This document shows, one piece after another, positions 9,740-23,068 of a stretch of DNA of 64,000 nt. The position numbers and the translations under genes were made by a program. Within the stretch, counting starts at the first letter, position 1. Every line of letters begins with the position of its first letter. The notes under the pieces were generated by a model. It did not search any database. It was not told the DNA's origin and saw nothing but the letters and a program-made list of their open reading frames with translations. The stretch is from Bigelowiella natans CCMP2755 (taxonomy: Eukaryota > Protista > Cercozoa): assembly GCA_000320545.1 (NCBI GenBank), contig ADNK01003065.1:18811-82810 (forward strand). Reading direction: 5' to 3'.

Positions 9740-12358
9740 GATGCAGCGGCTTCGAATATGTGTAGTTGCCGCCTGCTTCTTCGTTCTGTCCTTCGTGGCA
9801 AATGAGGTGGGACACCAAGAACGGGAAACTACTGCTACTGCAGCAACAGTGGCGGAGGTAGCGGGCATGTCCAACAACGAGTTACACGCCATCAGTAGCT
9901 TACATGACATTTGGAGTGATCGACGAAAGGATTCCTATCATTCTACGCATAACGACCATAACAAACGGCGGCCGTTAGTGCTGGCTCCCTCATGGGTACC
10001 GTTCCTAGTGCCTTGGACATCTCCCTACTCCAGAAGGAGGATTCAAGATGAAGCAGGAACAACTTTGGAAGGAGGCGGAGAACAAGAAGAAGAAGAAGAA
10101 GAACTGATAGTGCAGCAACAGCAGCAGCATAAATCTGGACATGTTGATAACACCAGCAGTAGCATCATCCATGGTGAAAGGGGTGGTGGAATCACCGATA
10201 AATCAGTCGTCGATGACACAACCACAAGGGAGGTGAGTGTTGCAATTGCAATCTAGGAAATATTATCGTATCGTAATGTTACCGATCTTCCCTTTGCTCT
10301 GTCTCTATACATTGAGAATCATCAAATGATGTTTTCGTGGTAAAAACGTAGGCCGCTTCTACAATTTCTCACTGGTTCAAGTTCATAATGATACAGGTCT
10401 TGTTCACTGTATTTGATAGCAGCAGGAACAGCAGCAGTATCTTATTGTGGCAGAACTTACCTCCTCCTGACATTAATGAATATCTTTTACTGTTTGTTTG
10501 TATCTCTAGCCAATGTGGGTGCTCATCGGTCTGGCAACTGGTCTCGTTTTAGGAGCTTCAATTCCCTTGATTATGTGTAATATTTCCTGCTTCATTCATG
10601 TGCACTATCCGACGATACTAAAACAGGAGATCGATTTATTTCTCTAATATTCGAGTAATTGACCATTGACACTACCCCTTTTGGTCTTTTTATCATTATC
10701 TTCTTCTTCTTCATGTGTAGGTATGCGATGTGTCTGCTTGTTTACAAGGCAGCCAATGCATCACCATCACCACCATCACCATCATCGATCCACGCTTCCG
10801 TTTAGCAGGTAACACCATGCTAGTACAGAAGGATATTGTGATAGTCTGCTTTACCAGTAGATACTTAAAATGCTGTTTGGAGCTTGCGACTCTGTTCATC
10901 TATGTTGATTCCCTTGAAAAAGATAAGCAAATCGATACTCGGGTGCCCAAATTTGTTTCTTTATGTAATAGCTAGTAGTCCTGTTGCAGCCCAGCTTAAC
11001 AGGCAACCAAGCTTTTTACGTCTTCTCCTTGCTTCTTCACCGTATTATTATTCATCATACTTCAAGGATGTGGGATTGGCTGGATGAAGGGTCTGATGAA
11101 GACCGCAAGAGGATCACAATGATGAGTCTACAAGGAGGCTGCAGCTTGTTTGAATCAGGTAGTAAGTGTAGTAGCATTTATAGTGGTGGTGGTGGTGGTG
11201 GTGGGAAGTAGTAGTGGTAGAAGTTACACAGGGCATTTATGATGACAAGCGGCCCATATTGTCAAAGTGAATTTTGTTGTTGAAGTTTCTTTTCCTCATT
11301 TGTACAATCATGATGATGATGATGTATGATTGTAAGGAAACCATTAATTACTATTATACTGCCAAATAATAACTGATCAACTGGTGAACATAAATAAGGG
11401 CGAAAATGCAAGGAAGTTCCATCAAACAACATGAGAGGACAGGCATGGGCTGCACTGATCGGAAACAAGCTTATTGTAACACCAGAGGTATGTAGAGCAA
11501 ACAAAGGAAGAATAAAGAACTAAAGAATCAGGAATCAAATCGGAAATTTCATGATCAGCAGGATCTTTGATTGATCATTCATCCATTCGTGCTCAATATC
11601 CATTGATGGAATGCATCGGTCACGTCGATGATGATGATGATACACATTGTAGTATACATACCGATACTGATGAAAACGTTCATCTGCTTACTGTTGGCAG
11701 CTTTATCGCATTTGTGATCAACTTGCTCGTGACGCAATCGAAGGACAGCAGCGTTCTAGAGCCATACCTGACACTAAATCGGACGGAAGAGTAGTAGCTG
11801 CTGCCCCTAAAAATGGCAAAAGCAAGCATCATCATCAGGTTATAAGTCATGGACTACATTATACACATTTCATCATCATCATCATCATCATTGATCGATC
11901 CTCTTGAGAAAAGCAATCCCACGATATGATCAATATTTCTCCAAAAGTTGTGAGTGCCAAACTCGTTCATTTTCTTTCTTCTTCTGGCAATATAGGATCA
12001 TCGCAATTCCCGTGATGGAGAGGAAAGGTTAGCAGGAGAGGAAGGAGGAAGTCGAACAAATGGTGCTGACGATAACATTGGAAACAAAGGGGGGGGAAGT
12101 GGCCATTTGAAACAGCACGCTATATACTCAGCTGCTGCCAAAAATCGTAATGGTAGTGGATATCCCAGCAGCAGCAGCAGCGATGATGTCATCGTTGATG
12201 ATGGTGCAAATGGCGAGAGCGGCGGAGAAGCAGCAACTCAAGCAGATGATAGGAGAACAACGCAAGAAACAGCAGCAGCAGCAGCAGCAACGAAAGCATG
12301 GTGGCGTCATGGAAGAAGGTGGGACTTTTGTGTCATCCTCCATCAGTCTTTGCGTCGT

Positions 12359-12390
<32 letters not shown>

Positions 12391-12404
12391 CCTCTCTCTC
12401 TATC

Positions 12405-12441
<37 letters not shown>

Positions 12442-12677
12442 TCTGCATTGTGACAACGGAACAAGTCGATGATTTCACTGCCACCGTCGTGTCTTCTCTT
12501 GCATTTATATATCATCGTCTTAAAAGTAAGACATGATACTTAGCTTGTTATGGTGCGTGTTGTTGTTTTTGACTTTCGATCGGTTCAGATACGAAAAGGG
12601 AATGATTCTTGGTAGCATTGGTACTGTATACGATATACATCAAGGTAGTTTGTAAGCAGTATAAATCACATCAACCC

Positions 12678-12722
<45 letters not shown>

Positions 12723-14113
12723 ATGCAATTCCATCACACGATTATGAGATCGATGGTGCCAGATAGTTGATGATGACGATGATGATGATGATGACACAAC
12801 TCTAATGCTAACAGATATTTCGAGGACATATGTTGGCAGACCTGGATTCTCCGCAACAACAACAATAACAACGACGACATCATCATCATCATCATCGATA
12901 TCTCTATCGTCCTCTCACAACCAAGAGGTCAAAGAGTCGCTACTTCCGGCTGGTAGCTGCAACAACAAATGCAATGCAATGGAGCACATACTAAGGGCAT
13001 ATTGCTTTTATCGTCCAGATGTTGGGTGAGTGAGTCAGTGATTGATTGATTAATTGATTGCCTGATGTTGTGCATTGCAAGTTACGAATAGTAAGCTGCT
13101 GCTACTAGGGTAGAGATTTGATGATGCTTCTGATGACTGTGGGGTGCTGCTGCTACTTCTGACTACTGACACATACATGCACTTCCTGGAATACAGGGAA
13201 ATAAATGTGCTAATAGTGGTGATGATGATGATGATAATGATGATAATGATGACGATGATGATAATGATGATGGAATTAGCATCTCGGATCTTCTGCTTCT
13301 TTTTGTTCTTCTTCTCTTTTCTACCTAAGCAGACCTTCATCATCATCCTCCTCTTCTTTCTCATTTACAAATCTAGGTACATGCAAGGAATGAGCTACCT
13401 AGTTGGCCATTTGCTTCTTTATATGGATGAGTACACTGCTTTTGTGGCATTTTCAAACTTGCTGTCGAAGTAATTGATAGTAGTAAAAATAGTAGTAGTA
13501 GTAGTAGTAGTAGTAGTAGCGGTGCTAGTAGTAGAAGCAGTGGTAGTACTAACGGATATAAGGGGCGGGTAATAGTTCCTTTTCTGATGGATTAGCAGCA
13601 GTAATTGTACCAGTAGTAGTGGTAGTACCATATTTGGTTTTTTTAATTATAATGATGATGATTATGATGATGATGATGATGATGTTACGGATGAGTGTAA
13701 TGTGATGATAAATCATCATCAGGCCTTTTCTAAACGCATTCTATATGAGCGGATCTGTGGTACAAATATCTATGGAGAGCCGACTGGCTGTCTTCGATCA
13801 CATGTAATAGTGATATAATAATCAAAATAATAAGAAGGGGGGTGTTGTCAGTTCTGGTGGTGATGATGATAATGATAGTCAACCAGAAGGATGCTGACAT
13901 ATTATTTGTATTCTCCAAACAAGGTTTCGAATGAATCTTCCAAAGTTGCACACGCAACTGAAGAACTCAGACGTGCCCATTCGCCTATACTTCTTTCAAT
14001 GGGCACTCACTCTTTTTGCAAAAGTAATTCATTATTCTGTGATAGATGTAGAAGTGATGGTGATGATGATGATGATGATGACAATGCTAACTAGCATGAT
14101 GTGCGGAAAATCA

Positions 14114-14152
<39 letters not shown>

Positions 14153-14328
14153 GAGAAGTCATCGTTTCTTGGACCACCTAGTACCATCATGATATTACTA
14201 CGCATATGTTAATGATGTAAGTATTCATCATCCTTCAAATTGATTATCCATTAGGTATTTCCTTTCGAGACTTTATCGTACGTATGGCATGGTTATTTTG
14301 TGGAAGGAGAGGTTCATCTCTATAAGGT

Positions 14329-14360
<32 letters not shown>

Positions 14361-14498
14361 TATTCGTGCATAATCTTTTGCTTACACCTACTTCTATTGC
14401 TACCACCAAAAAAGGTTGGCGTCTCTCTGCTAAAGATCATAGAGAAGGTCACACACTCAAACCGATGATGATATAGTTATCAATAGTCGCAATGGTAT

Positions 14499-14534
<36 letters not shown>

Positions 14535-14605
14535 CGTTGCAAGCGTGTGGTTTTATCATCATCATCATCATCATCATCATCATTCTCATCGTGATATATG
14601 TATAC

Positions 14606-14646
<41 letters not shown>

Positions 14647-15246
14647 TCAACTCGTTTGTTGGCATTCACTGTTCAAAGATCCCGTATCTCACTGACTAAA
14701 GCCACAAACGCCATTTACGCGCAACAAAACAAGAAATGGGATATAGAGAGGGGGGAGGGAGATAGAGATTTGCCATTGGTTGCATGATGAACCAGCTTTC
14801 ACGAATAGTCTCTCCTTATTACTACTACCATCAGAGCATCACAAACAAGCCTTTACGAGTGATTTTCGATGAACTCACGTCACCAGGTGATGTTCTTTTC
14901 ATATGCATATGTATGTGTGCGTGTTTGTGTGTGTATCATGAATGCTCTTTGGCGCGTCGTTTGAGCAGTAGTGTGTAGGTTGATAGATTATCACTGTAGT
15001 AGCAGCATAATGACGTCTTTATTCATATTTGTTCCAAATAAAAGGAGGAGGGAAAATCAGCACGAAAGAGCTCATGAAGGCGATGACGGGGTAGTTATCA
15101 TCATAAAAATAGTTAGAGTAGTAGTTGTAGTCCTGGTAGCAGGAACTAAAGCTAAAGTAGGAGATATGCTTGCGAACAATCACGACAACGATGATAACCA
15201 TGATGATGATAATGATAATGATTACCGTGGAATATATGCATTTCTC

Positions 15247-15283
<37 letters not shown>

Positions 15284-15542
15284 CTACCTCTTCTCCCCAC
15301 ACTATTCTTTCTTTCTTAATCTGACAACAAAACTACTACTATGATTTGCAAATGATGATAGGATTCGAGTGACTACCAGCGTAAATGCTGAGTTTGAACG
15401 TCTCCGTACTACTCGCGCTCTGGTCTCAAATAATCACGATGACAATAATAGCAGAGGCGGGGGAAATGCTTCTAAAACTGTTGATGAGGAGACCGCAGCA
15501 GTCGTCCCTGCAGGCGCAAGAAATGCTACTTATTCCAGATAA
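9740..15542 (+). CDS. TBC (Rab-GAP) domain protein, TBC1D12/14-like, preceded by signal/transmembrane exons (could be two genes)
   Basis: Exons encode MRGQAWAALIGNKLIVTPE, IHQDISRT, HILRAYCFYRPDVGYMQGMSYLVGHLLLYMDEYTAFVAFSNLL, LPKLHTQL...LYFFQWALTLFAK and LSYVWHGYFVEGEVHLYK. The IxxDxxR and YxQ catalytic fingers are present. Junctions at 10.2-11.4 kb are not resolved. Confidence 0.8.
12360..12440. repeat. Compound (TC)n/(TG)n microsatellite, representative of dozens of intronic AT, AG, AC, ATC, AGC and AGT repeats in the window
   Basis: Directly visible. Similar tracts at 168-198, 674-712, 14500-14640, 33535-33575, 53000-53180, 60180-60400 and 63610-63693. Confidence 0.95.
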
Positions 15543-16682
15543 TAGCGAAAGTAGTGATAAGTGGTAGAAGTAGTAGTAGCAGCAGCAGCGCCGGGCAGCA
15601 ACAACATCTAGAGATATTGTAATAACTGGTCATTCGTGCATATGTATATTGCAACACCAGCAAGTCACGTGTAACATCTAGAGATTATGCACTACAGACA
15701 ATATGTATTATCAGATTTAGGCTGCCATGCAGTGACATTTATCAAAAAGCAGAATGCTAGATTAATGTTTGTGCAAGCTTTGTCACTCAGCACTTTAGAG
15801 ATCAAGATAGCTATAATACCCTGCTAATCTCTGCTAGATCTGTTAGTAAACGCACATGTGTGCATACGATCTGTTACTATGTATTATGACCTTACAAATG
15901 CACTTTAGCTGCTGAATTCTGTTGTCATAATTGATTTTGCTACAGCGTAGCGAGTATCTAGGTATACATCATGACAGGGGCATGTAAGACGGATGCAATG
16001 GAAATGGAATAAATTAAATTTGTTCAATGGTCATCCTTAATCTAGTAATCTCATGTAGCTAGCTGTGCAATGCTAGAATGCAGCGGCTGCAACGCCAATG
16101 TTGCATGAATCTGTTGGTCTCCGTTATGATGTGTTTCATGCAACCAAATGCATGTTGTCTCGGTCTTGAATGTGAAATCCTGCGTATACGGCGCTATGCG
16201 CGTCTGCATCCCTACGTACACCACTGCCTGTCGCGCGCTACTCGATCTATGCTAATCATAAAGAGCATGATGCATGCTGGCTCATGACAGAACCATGCCA
16301 GCGCTGCTGCTGCAATAAATTGAAAGCCGTTTGTAATTTTAGGAGCTTGCATCGCACGGCTCATTGTATTGTGCACAAGGCGACGACACAATCTGCAATG
16401 CCATGATCTGCTAAGCATTAAATGATCTGTACTGTGGCAATTAATAGTCACACTGTCATGCATTACACGCCATGATACTATTTATTGACTATCATGCAGC
16501 ATCTCGTTCAATGTTGCTACCAACGATGCAGCTACACAGCACATTTCGGCCTATTTGCTGTGATCGAGTGCATGTGTATGCTACTCACGGTAGCACAATT
16601 AATAAACAGCTACATTCAAGCTACTAATTTATAAAGACGACGTTAACATGCAGCTGGCATGCACTTGGGCGATATACTACTG

Positions 16683-19402
16683 TTATTCAATTTTTTCGAA
16701 TCTGATGTCGATGATCACATAGCCGGAGACACGGCTTACACCAAAGCATCCCAAAAGGTTTGTGCAGTACTTAGCCCTCTTTTTGTCTGCGGCGGCTAAT
16801 ATCTTGTTCGGCGCGCCTGATTTTGGGTCGATGACTAGATCTTTCCAGCTAACACTGGTTGTATGACCATCATCTTGCAACGGTATATGCAATCCTACAG
16901 GTTCAGTGCTCGAGATTCCACTGAGATTTATGCGAGCCTGGATATTAACAAATGAATAGTAATAACACGATTAGGAGATGTGACTGACATGTATAATAGT
17001 AGTGAAATGCTCCTTCTTCTAGTACCCCTCTTTCCCCCCTCCACCCCTCACGTCGTCTTTCGTGGTGGACTCATTCTCCTTGTCGTCATCAATTAATCTT
17101 AATACTTATTTTCATACCTTTCCCAACAAATCGTCATCAGATATGAGATCTTCGTCCCAAACCTGGTGTGCATAAATATAAAGATGGTGATGATTATGGT
17201 GGTGGTGGTGATGATGATAATATGGTTTATTCATTGATCAAAGTGCCTGGTTGATGTTGAGCAGCGGTCATATGCCCCTCCAATTATCACAACAAATGTT
17301 CAGCAATACCTCAATCTCAAGCTCGTGCTTCGACTCTCCAGTCCAAGACAAAATTAGCTTCTCATTCCATTCTGCAGCACATGTGTCATTATCCCCATCG
17401 TAATGATCATCGTAATCGTTGCAGTAGGTAGCACCGACTCCACAACACGCAGGACAAACACGCATATATACAACGCTGTAGCATCGAAACAAGATTTTTT
17501 TATTGTTATCTGGTATACGAGGACGATGACCTGGATTGAGGCATTGTGTGACCGTCTTACTCTTCACTGTCTGTCTCCCAATACGAATCTTCACGTAAGG
17601 ATCACTGCATATGTTATGTTGTTGACGACGACAAGAAAGGATATAACATACAGTTATTGTGGTGAGAAGTAGACTACCAAGAAGGAGGAGGAGACCCAAC
17701 TACCCAGTCCCCATTCAAACTCCTCCAACAGTTACAATTTACACTTACCAAAGCATTTGCCATCTTATTGTTACATACATCCCAAACCACCACCACCACT
17801 ACTTCTCTCAGCAGAACACTACCTGCTCCCTCCAATATCGCTAGCGGCAAGATTTTTTGCCTTGGTGAGAGTCACGAACACTACACCCTGAAATTCAGTC
17901 TAGAAACAAGGCGCCGTCTATCTCAAATAAGATATGCAAACTGCTACTTCACCATCTTCCCCCTCCCCCCCCTTTCGCCATGCCCGTGTCCCCTCTCTTA
18001 GGAGCGGGGGTGTGTAGGATACTTATTATATACGACCATTCCAACGTTGTTAGCCTCCACATCTCCGTTGAGAACAGCTGCACTGATCATGCCATCTTGG
18101 CCCTTTTTCCTCTCTTGGATGTGTTTGCCATAGAGAGAAGGTCGGCGTGTTTGGTTGTCACCCTCTCCTATCACCAACATTGAGGGAAAATAAAATTAGT
18201 GGAAGAAGAAGACACGAGCAGCAGTAGCGATATGATTGACATAGCATAACTTATTACCTTTGCGAAAGAGTTTGTCTTGATATTTTGCCTTGATATAGCT
18301 CTCACGGTAAGATCTTGGTTCGTCTTCAACAGGCTTATACCACTTCGAGGGCACGTGGTATCTATAATCCAAAGAAGATCAAGAAGAAGAGAATTGAATT
18401 CATGATTTAATTTATCATCCCTGCTCCAAAATATGAGGACTCTGCACTCGCTCTTTCCTCTCTACTTCTTCTTCTTCACAAAGTATATACTTATCATTCA
18501 TACAAGATTCGTGTTGCTCTAGAATAGCACTGCTGCAGCAATCGCTTGCAACCCCCACTATTGTTGTATTACTCGTATTCGATATTTTGGTGGTCGTTGG
18601 AAATGCCAGAGGTGAGAGTTTGTAGCCATTTCCGTTTCCATTTGGTGTCCAGTGTAATGGATTGGACGAAGGATATGTGCACCCCCATCGAACGATGTAC
18701 GCCTTAGAGCAGCAGCGATATAAAACAACCCCAAATAAATATTATGTATACACACACACACACACACATACACACACACACATATATGTATAGATATATA
18801 CACATATTATATTCCGCGATGAGAGGGGGGAGGGGAGACCAAAACGGTATTCTGTATATCTTTTTTTATAGCCAAACAAAGTAGTTGCATCTTGCAGTTA
18901 TTACCGGCACAGTTCGTGCAGAGGAAAATCCCAAGATTGACTGAAGCCCAGGAACATTCTGTTGGGGTTGAGCAGCAGCAGTTTTTCAGCAGTGGCAGGT
19001 AGGTGGGGGAGAGCAGTTTTTCAGCAGTAGTAGGTCATATGGGAATGGCCAAACGATCTGGGCTGTTTTCCTTGTAATTCACTATATTTCTCTCACGAGT
19101 ACAGATCACACACACACACACACACGTAGCATTCTCCCCCCCCCAGCTCCCAGTTGCAGAACATATTGACGAACTTTTGGAGGAGCAATCAGCGCAAAAC
19201 TCATTCCCGTTTCGCTGCAATAAGCTTTGTAGCGTTTTCCTGGCTTCATCGACGCTTACCACCTCGTTAGGATCTAAATTAAGAAAAAGGCGTTTGGTTT
19301 TCATCGTCAAGTAACATTAGGAAGGAGTCAGCAGCAGGTAAAAAATCTCTCAGGAGCACCTAAGTGGCTCTTCTCATCCTTGGGCTCATCTTTCGTCGCC
19401 AT
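16683..19402 (-). CDS. ArfGAP zinc finger plus C-terminal C2 domain protein (ZAC/AGD11-13-like architecture)
   Basis: GNEFCADC...[34 protein letters not shown]..W and RESYIKAKY. C2 motifs NLAASD..G.SDPYVKI, LNPEWNEKL and VWDEDLISDDDLLGKARI. Stop at 16683-16685. Confidence 0.88.
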
Positions 19403-19621
19403 CCTTAACACAGAATGAAGTGCGGTCCGGGTTAGGTAGTGAACACGTCGCTTGCAATCGAGTAGGCTAGTGTCACAGGGTGGGGGAGGAGACTGGGTTG
19501 TCAGGAAACCAACAATCACAACTTCTTTTTTCTTTTTTTTCACCTTTTTCCGATTCATGTTGTTCAAAATTCAGAGAAAATACCCAGAAACTTCCCAAAA
19601 TTTTTGTACTTCTCGAACTCC

Positions 19622-20549
19622 ATGGAGCTCCTAAGTTAATTCTCTCTGTGTGTGTGTTTTTTCAGGTGATGCACGGCGAACATCGCGTCGAATTTGGAGC
19701 CATCCTAAATGGAAACATCAGGAAAGTCAACGATTTTCTCCCAGAAATTCAAGCAATGAATGATCATCATTGATCGTCATCATCAGTCCATGTAGATTGT
19801 GCAGGTAGGTTCCGAGCAGGTGTAATTTCTGCCCAATCAGAAGTCACAATCAGGATCCATTTTAGTCGATGTCAGCATGTGATGGTTTTGCCTAGTCAGA
19901 ATGAATGGGCCTGATCACAACCGCCACACATCCCCTCTGTTGATGGTTCTGCGTGTCAGGTGCACTTCACAAATCCACAATTTGCACATCCCAACCTCAA
20001 CAGCTCAGGTTTGACGTCATTTGCAGCAGACGAGCAAACTGGAATTGAATCTGCTGGTTGGGATTGACACAGCTTGATTTTGGGAGTCATGCAAGAGGTC
20101 GAACAGTTGCTTTTGGCACATCACAACGTGGCCACTTGCGGAGTGCAAATTGGACTCAGTGCGTGCAACGTGCTCTGATCGGAATGTGCAAGCGCACGGT
20201 GCTCAGAATGTTCACAAGGTGTTCTGGTTCAGTTTTCGCGCACACAAGTGCGCAAGTTGCAGACGCAACCTGGCAACGCTTTCATCGTGTTTTCAACAGC
20301 TTTCGAGCATGCCTTCCAAAGTGCCATGAAAACGCACTTTTTCCCGTCGGTGATGCGCAAAAAGGCGTGATGGAAGTCCATCGCGCAACTCGATCATTCA
20401 CGCTCGGCGTGGCTCACGTGAGCTTCAGGCGTGTTGGCGTGGGCCCCAAGATGCTGCCAGGCACCCGCAGCTTGCCAGACCCAGCCCACAGCCAACAGCT
20501 GGCGAATTGGTGTTGTGTGGCCACTTTTGACCAGGTGTGGGATGAATGA
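19622..20549 (+). pseudogene. Possible hypermutated gene or pseudogene of unknown function, divergent from the ArfGAP gene
   Basis: ATG at 19622 and a clear acceptor (ttttttcag, about 19665). Protein-like C-terminal frame FNSFRACLPKCHENALFP...LANWCCVATFDQVWDE*. A complete spliced ORF could not be built. Confidence 0.3.
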
Positions 20550-20930
20550 GACCAGCGCTAGCCAGTCTAGCAGTGCAACTGCACGCTGTGCACAAGGCTG
20601 GACATGCTTGGCACGTGACATCGCGCGATCGACGCTGTTGTCTCAGTGAATGCGCCTGACGTCGTGTCCGAGCGACAATGTAACCGCAGCCGTTGAGGTG
20701 TGCATTGATCACACCAGTGCGTTGCGTGCACATGAGAAGACAATGAACAACACATGTGATCATGCGCAAGCCAGAGCATCGCAATCCGCCAGAGAACGCA
20801 TCAGCACGTACACACGGGACCAGGCCGCACGTGCATGCATCTCTGCAATGAACTCCTTCGATCATGAAGCTGACAACATGGGTCGTCATGAAAATGTGAC
20901 TAGCATTGCGTCTTCATTGTGCTCATCAAG
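19840..20930. other. Strongest TpA-depleted island; contains a tyrosine-free gene-like ORF (20058-20549, +)
   Basis: No TA between about 19895 and 20558. Flanking TAs are mostly CTAG/TTAG, with exceptions GTAA at about 20690 and GTAC at about 20808. The 163-aa ORF has no Tyr. Confidence 0.8.
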
Positions 20931-22017
20931 CTCGAGGGGGGGTGGGAGTGGAGGAGGTTCCGACTGTGCCAGCTTAGCAGCGCTAGTTTTGAATTCTTTT
21001 GAGCCATACAAACGGCCACCTTGCCCTCGGTACACGTCTTGTACGACATCCTCTTTTGGAATCTAGATAGTTGTGGCACACGGGAATCATCATAATTTTA
21101 ATTATCATTTTTTGTATCAGTTTCATGTGAATCATAAGAATTGGCAAATGCAATAATGGTGTTCGAGCACAACCCCCAATCCCCTCTTCCCTTCCTCTCG
21201 TCTCCACCCTCAGGCTTTTCCCAGATTGGAAGCTCACAATGATACAAACGAAACAACCATTAAACATATACTTTAACGAGATCATGCCCAAAAGGTCTAT
21301 CATGAAGACTTTTACAACCTCTTTTTCGTGAAAGCGTAAGATATGCTCCCTGCGACTCTGTGCGGATGCAAAAGCCTTCTCACAGATCGGACACTCGAAA
21401 GGTCGCAGCTGTATAGACATAGCATCATCATTGTTGCATGGTCTTCATTACTTGCATCTCCTCCTCCTCCTCCTCCTCCTCCTCCTCTATCATCACCATC
21501 ACCATAATCATCATCACCATCATCATAAGCAATCATGAAGGGAGAAGTTAGAAATGATGCTTCTGTAACGACAAACATATTGTTATGTGCTCACGTTTTG
21601 GTGTGTTTTGAGATGGCGATGTAGAGCCCCTGACTCACGAAAACGACGGCTACATTCCGTGCAAGGAAAGCGACGTTCATCGCGATGAATTCTGATTATA
21701 AAAGTTGTGCGTCTAATTTTGGGTAATAGTATTCACATTATTAATGGCCAAAAACAACAGGAAAGTGTAGCAAGGTTTATCACAACATAATGTTTGCATA
21801 TTTTGATACGTTCGCACTACACTCTCCGATGCAACCGCAATAATTAATGTCGCTCGATGTCAATCTTTCGTGCTCATTTTCCCTGTTGTTATCTCAGTGA
21901 CCTTGCATGGCGCTTTAGGCCTGCAATCCGCGTAAACGACTTTCCGCAGACGCCGCATCGCTTTTTCTTTTGAAATCTTTTGAGAGTGAATTTACACAAC
22001 AAAAACACGTGTTGTGA

Positions 22018-22053
<36 letters not shown>

Positions 22054-22097
22054 CAGAGAGCATTTGTTATGTGTGTAGAACAGATAAATTGAAATTT

Positions 22098-22140
<43 letters not shown>

Positions 22141-22828
22141 AGAGGAGAGAGAACAACCTCTGGAGGAGATCCAAATCTGACGATGATTTTAACGGCATCT
22201 TTCGTAGATGCACAATCATATGATCCTAACAACGTTGAATATCGAAAATTATGATATGTGTTGCAAAAGATGCGTGCGTGCGTGCGTGCGTGTTTTTTTC
22301 TCTGTATCCATTTTATTGCACACAACCACACACACACACATATTTCTAATACATTACTAATATCTGACCTGTAGTGTAGCGTTGTGGTGGAAGCCAAGAC
22401 CACAGATACTGCACCACACGCTTCTCATAATATACCTTAACCGATGCTTCCTGAGATGTTTACATATTTGCACACAACAAACAAAGTACAGAAGAGGAGA
22501 GATCAACTTCGTGGTGACAATCGCACAGTTTTTCTCTGATGGAGATCAAACCATCTATCCTCCCCCCCCCCCCCCCTCCGAAGGTACTAACCTAAACTCG
22601 TGCTTGGTAAGGAAACGCTTGCGGCACACATCGCAAGTATAATTATACCTAGCAAAGACAAACGATTGTGAATGAACATCGTGGAATATTGTAACAAAAA
22701 GGACAAGGACGAGCATTTTGAAGCACGTTGATTTTTTTGCATATTGCATTAGTCGTACACTATCCCAGGATGTTTCTCCAGCAAATGGCGGCTAAAGTAG
22801 TCTGCGGCGAGCTGGAATTCAGACCCAA

Positions 22829-22861
<33 letters not shown>

Positions 22862-23027
22862 CACACACACACACAACAACAACAACAACAACAACTGTGA
22901 GCCTTGTGCCGATAAAAAATACATGTTTCATCGTACGTGCGAATTGGGCGTATTCAGTTTTGTGTGATAGCTCTCTTCCTTTGCGCTTTCTATGATGACA
23001 AACGCCAAATTTCGGCAGATACATCAC

Positions 23028-23068
<41 letters not shown>

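Noticed and set aside
19840-20930. Classical RIP or CpG deamination as the cause, or a recognisable transposon
   Set aside because: RIP increases TpA, and CpG remains common here. No terminal repeats, target-site duplications or transposase/RT motifs were recognised, though a decayed element cannot be excluded.
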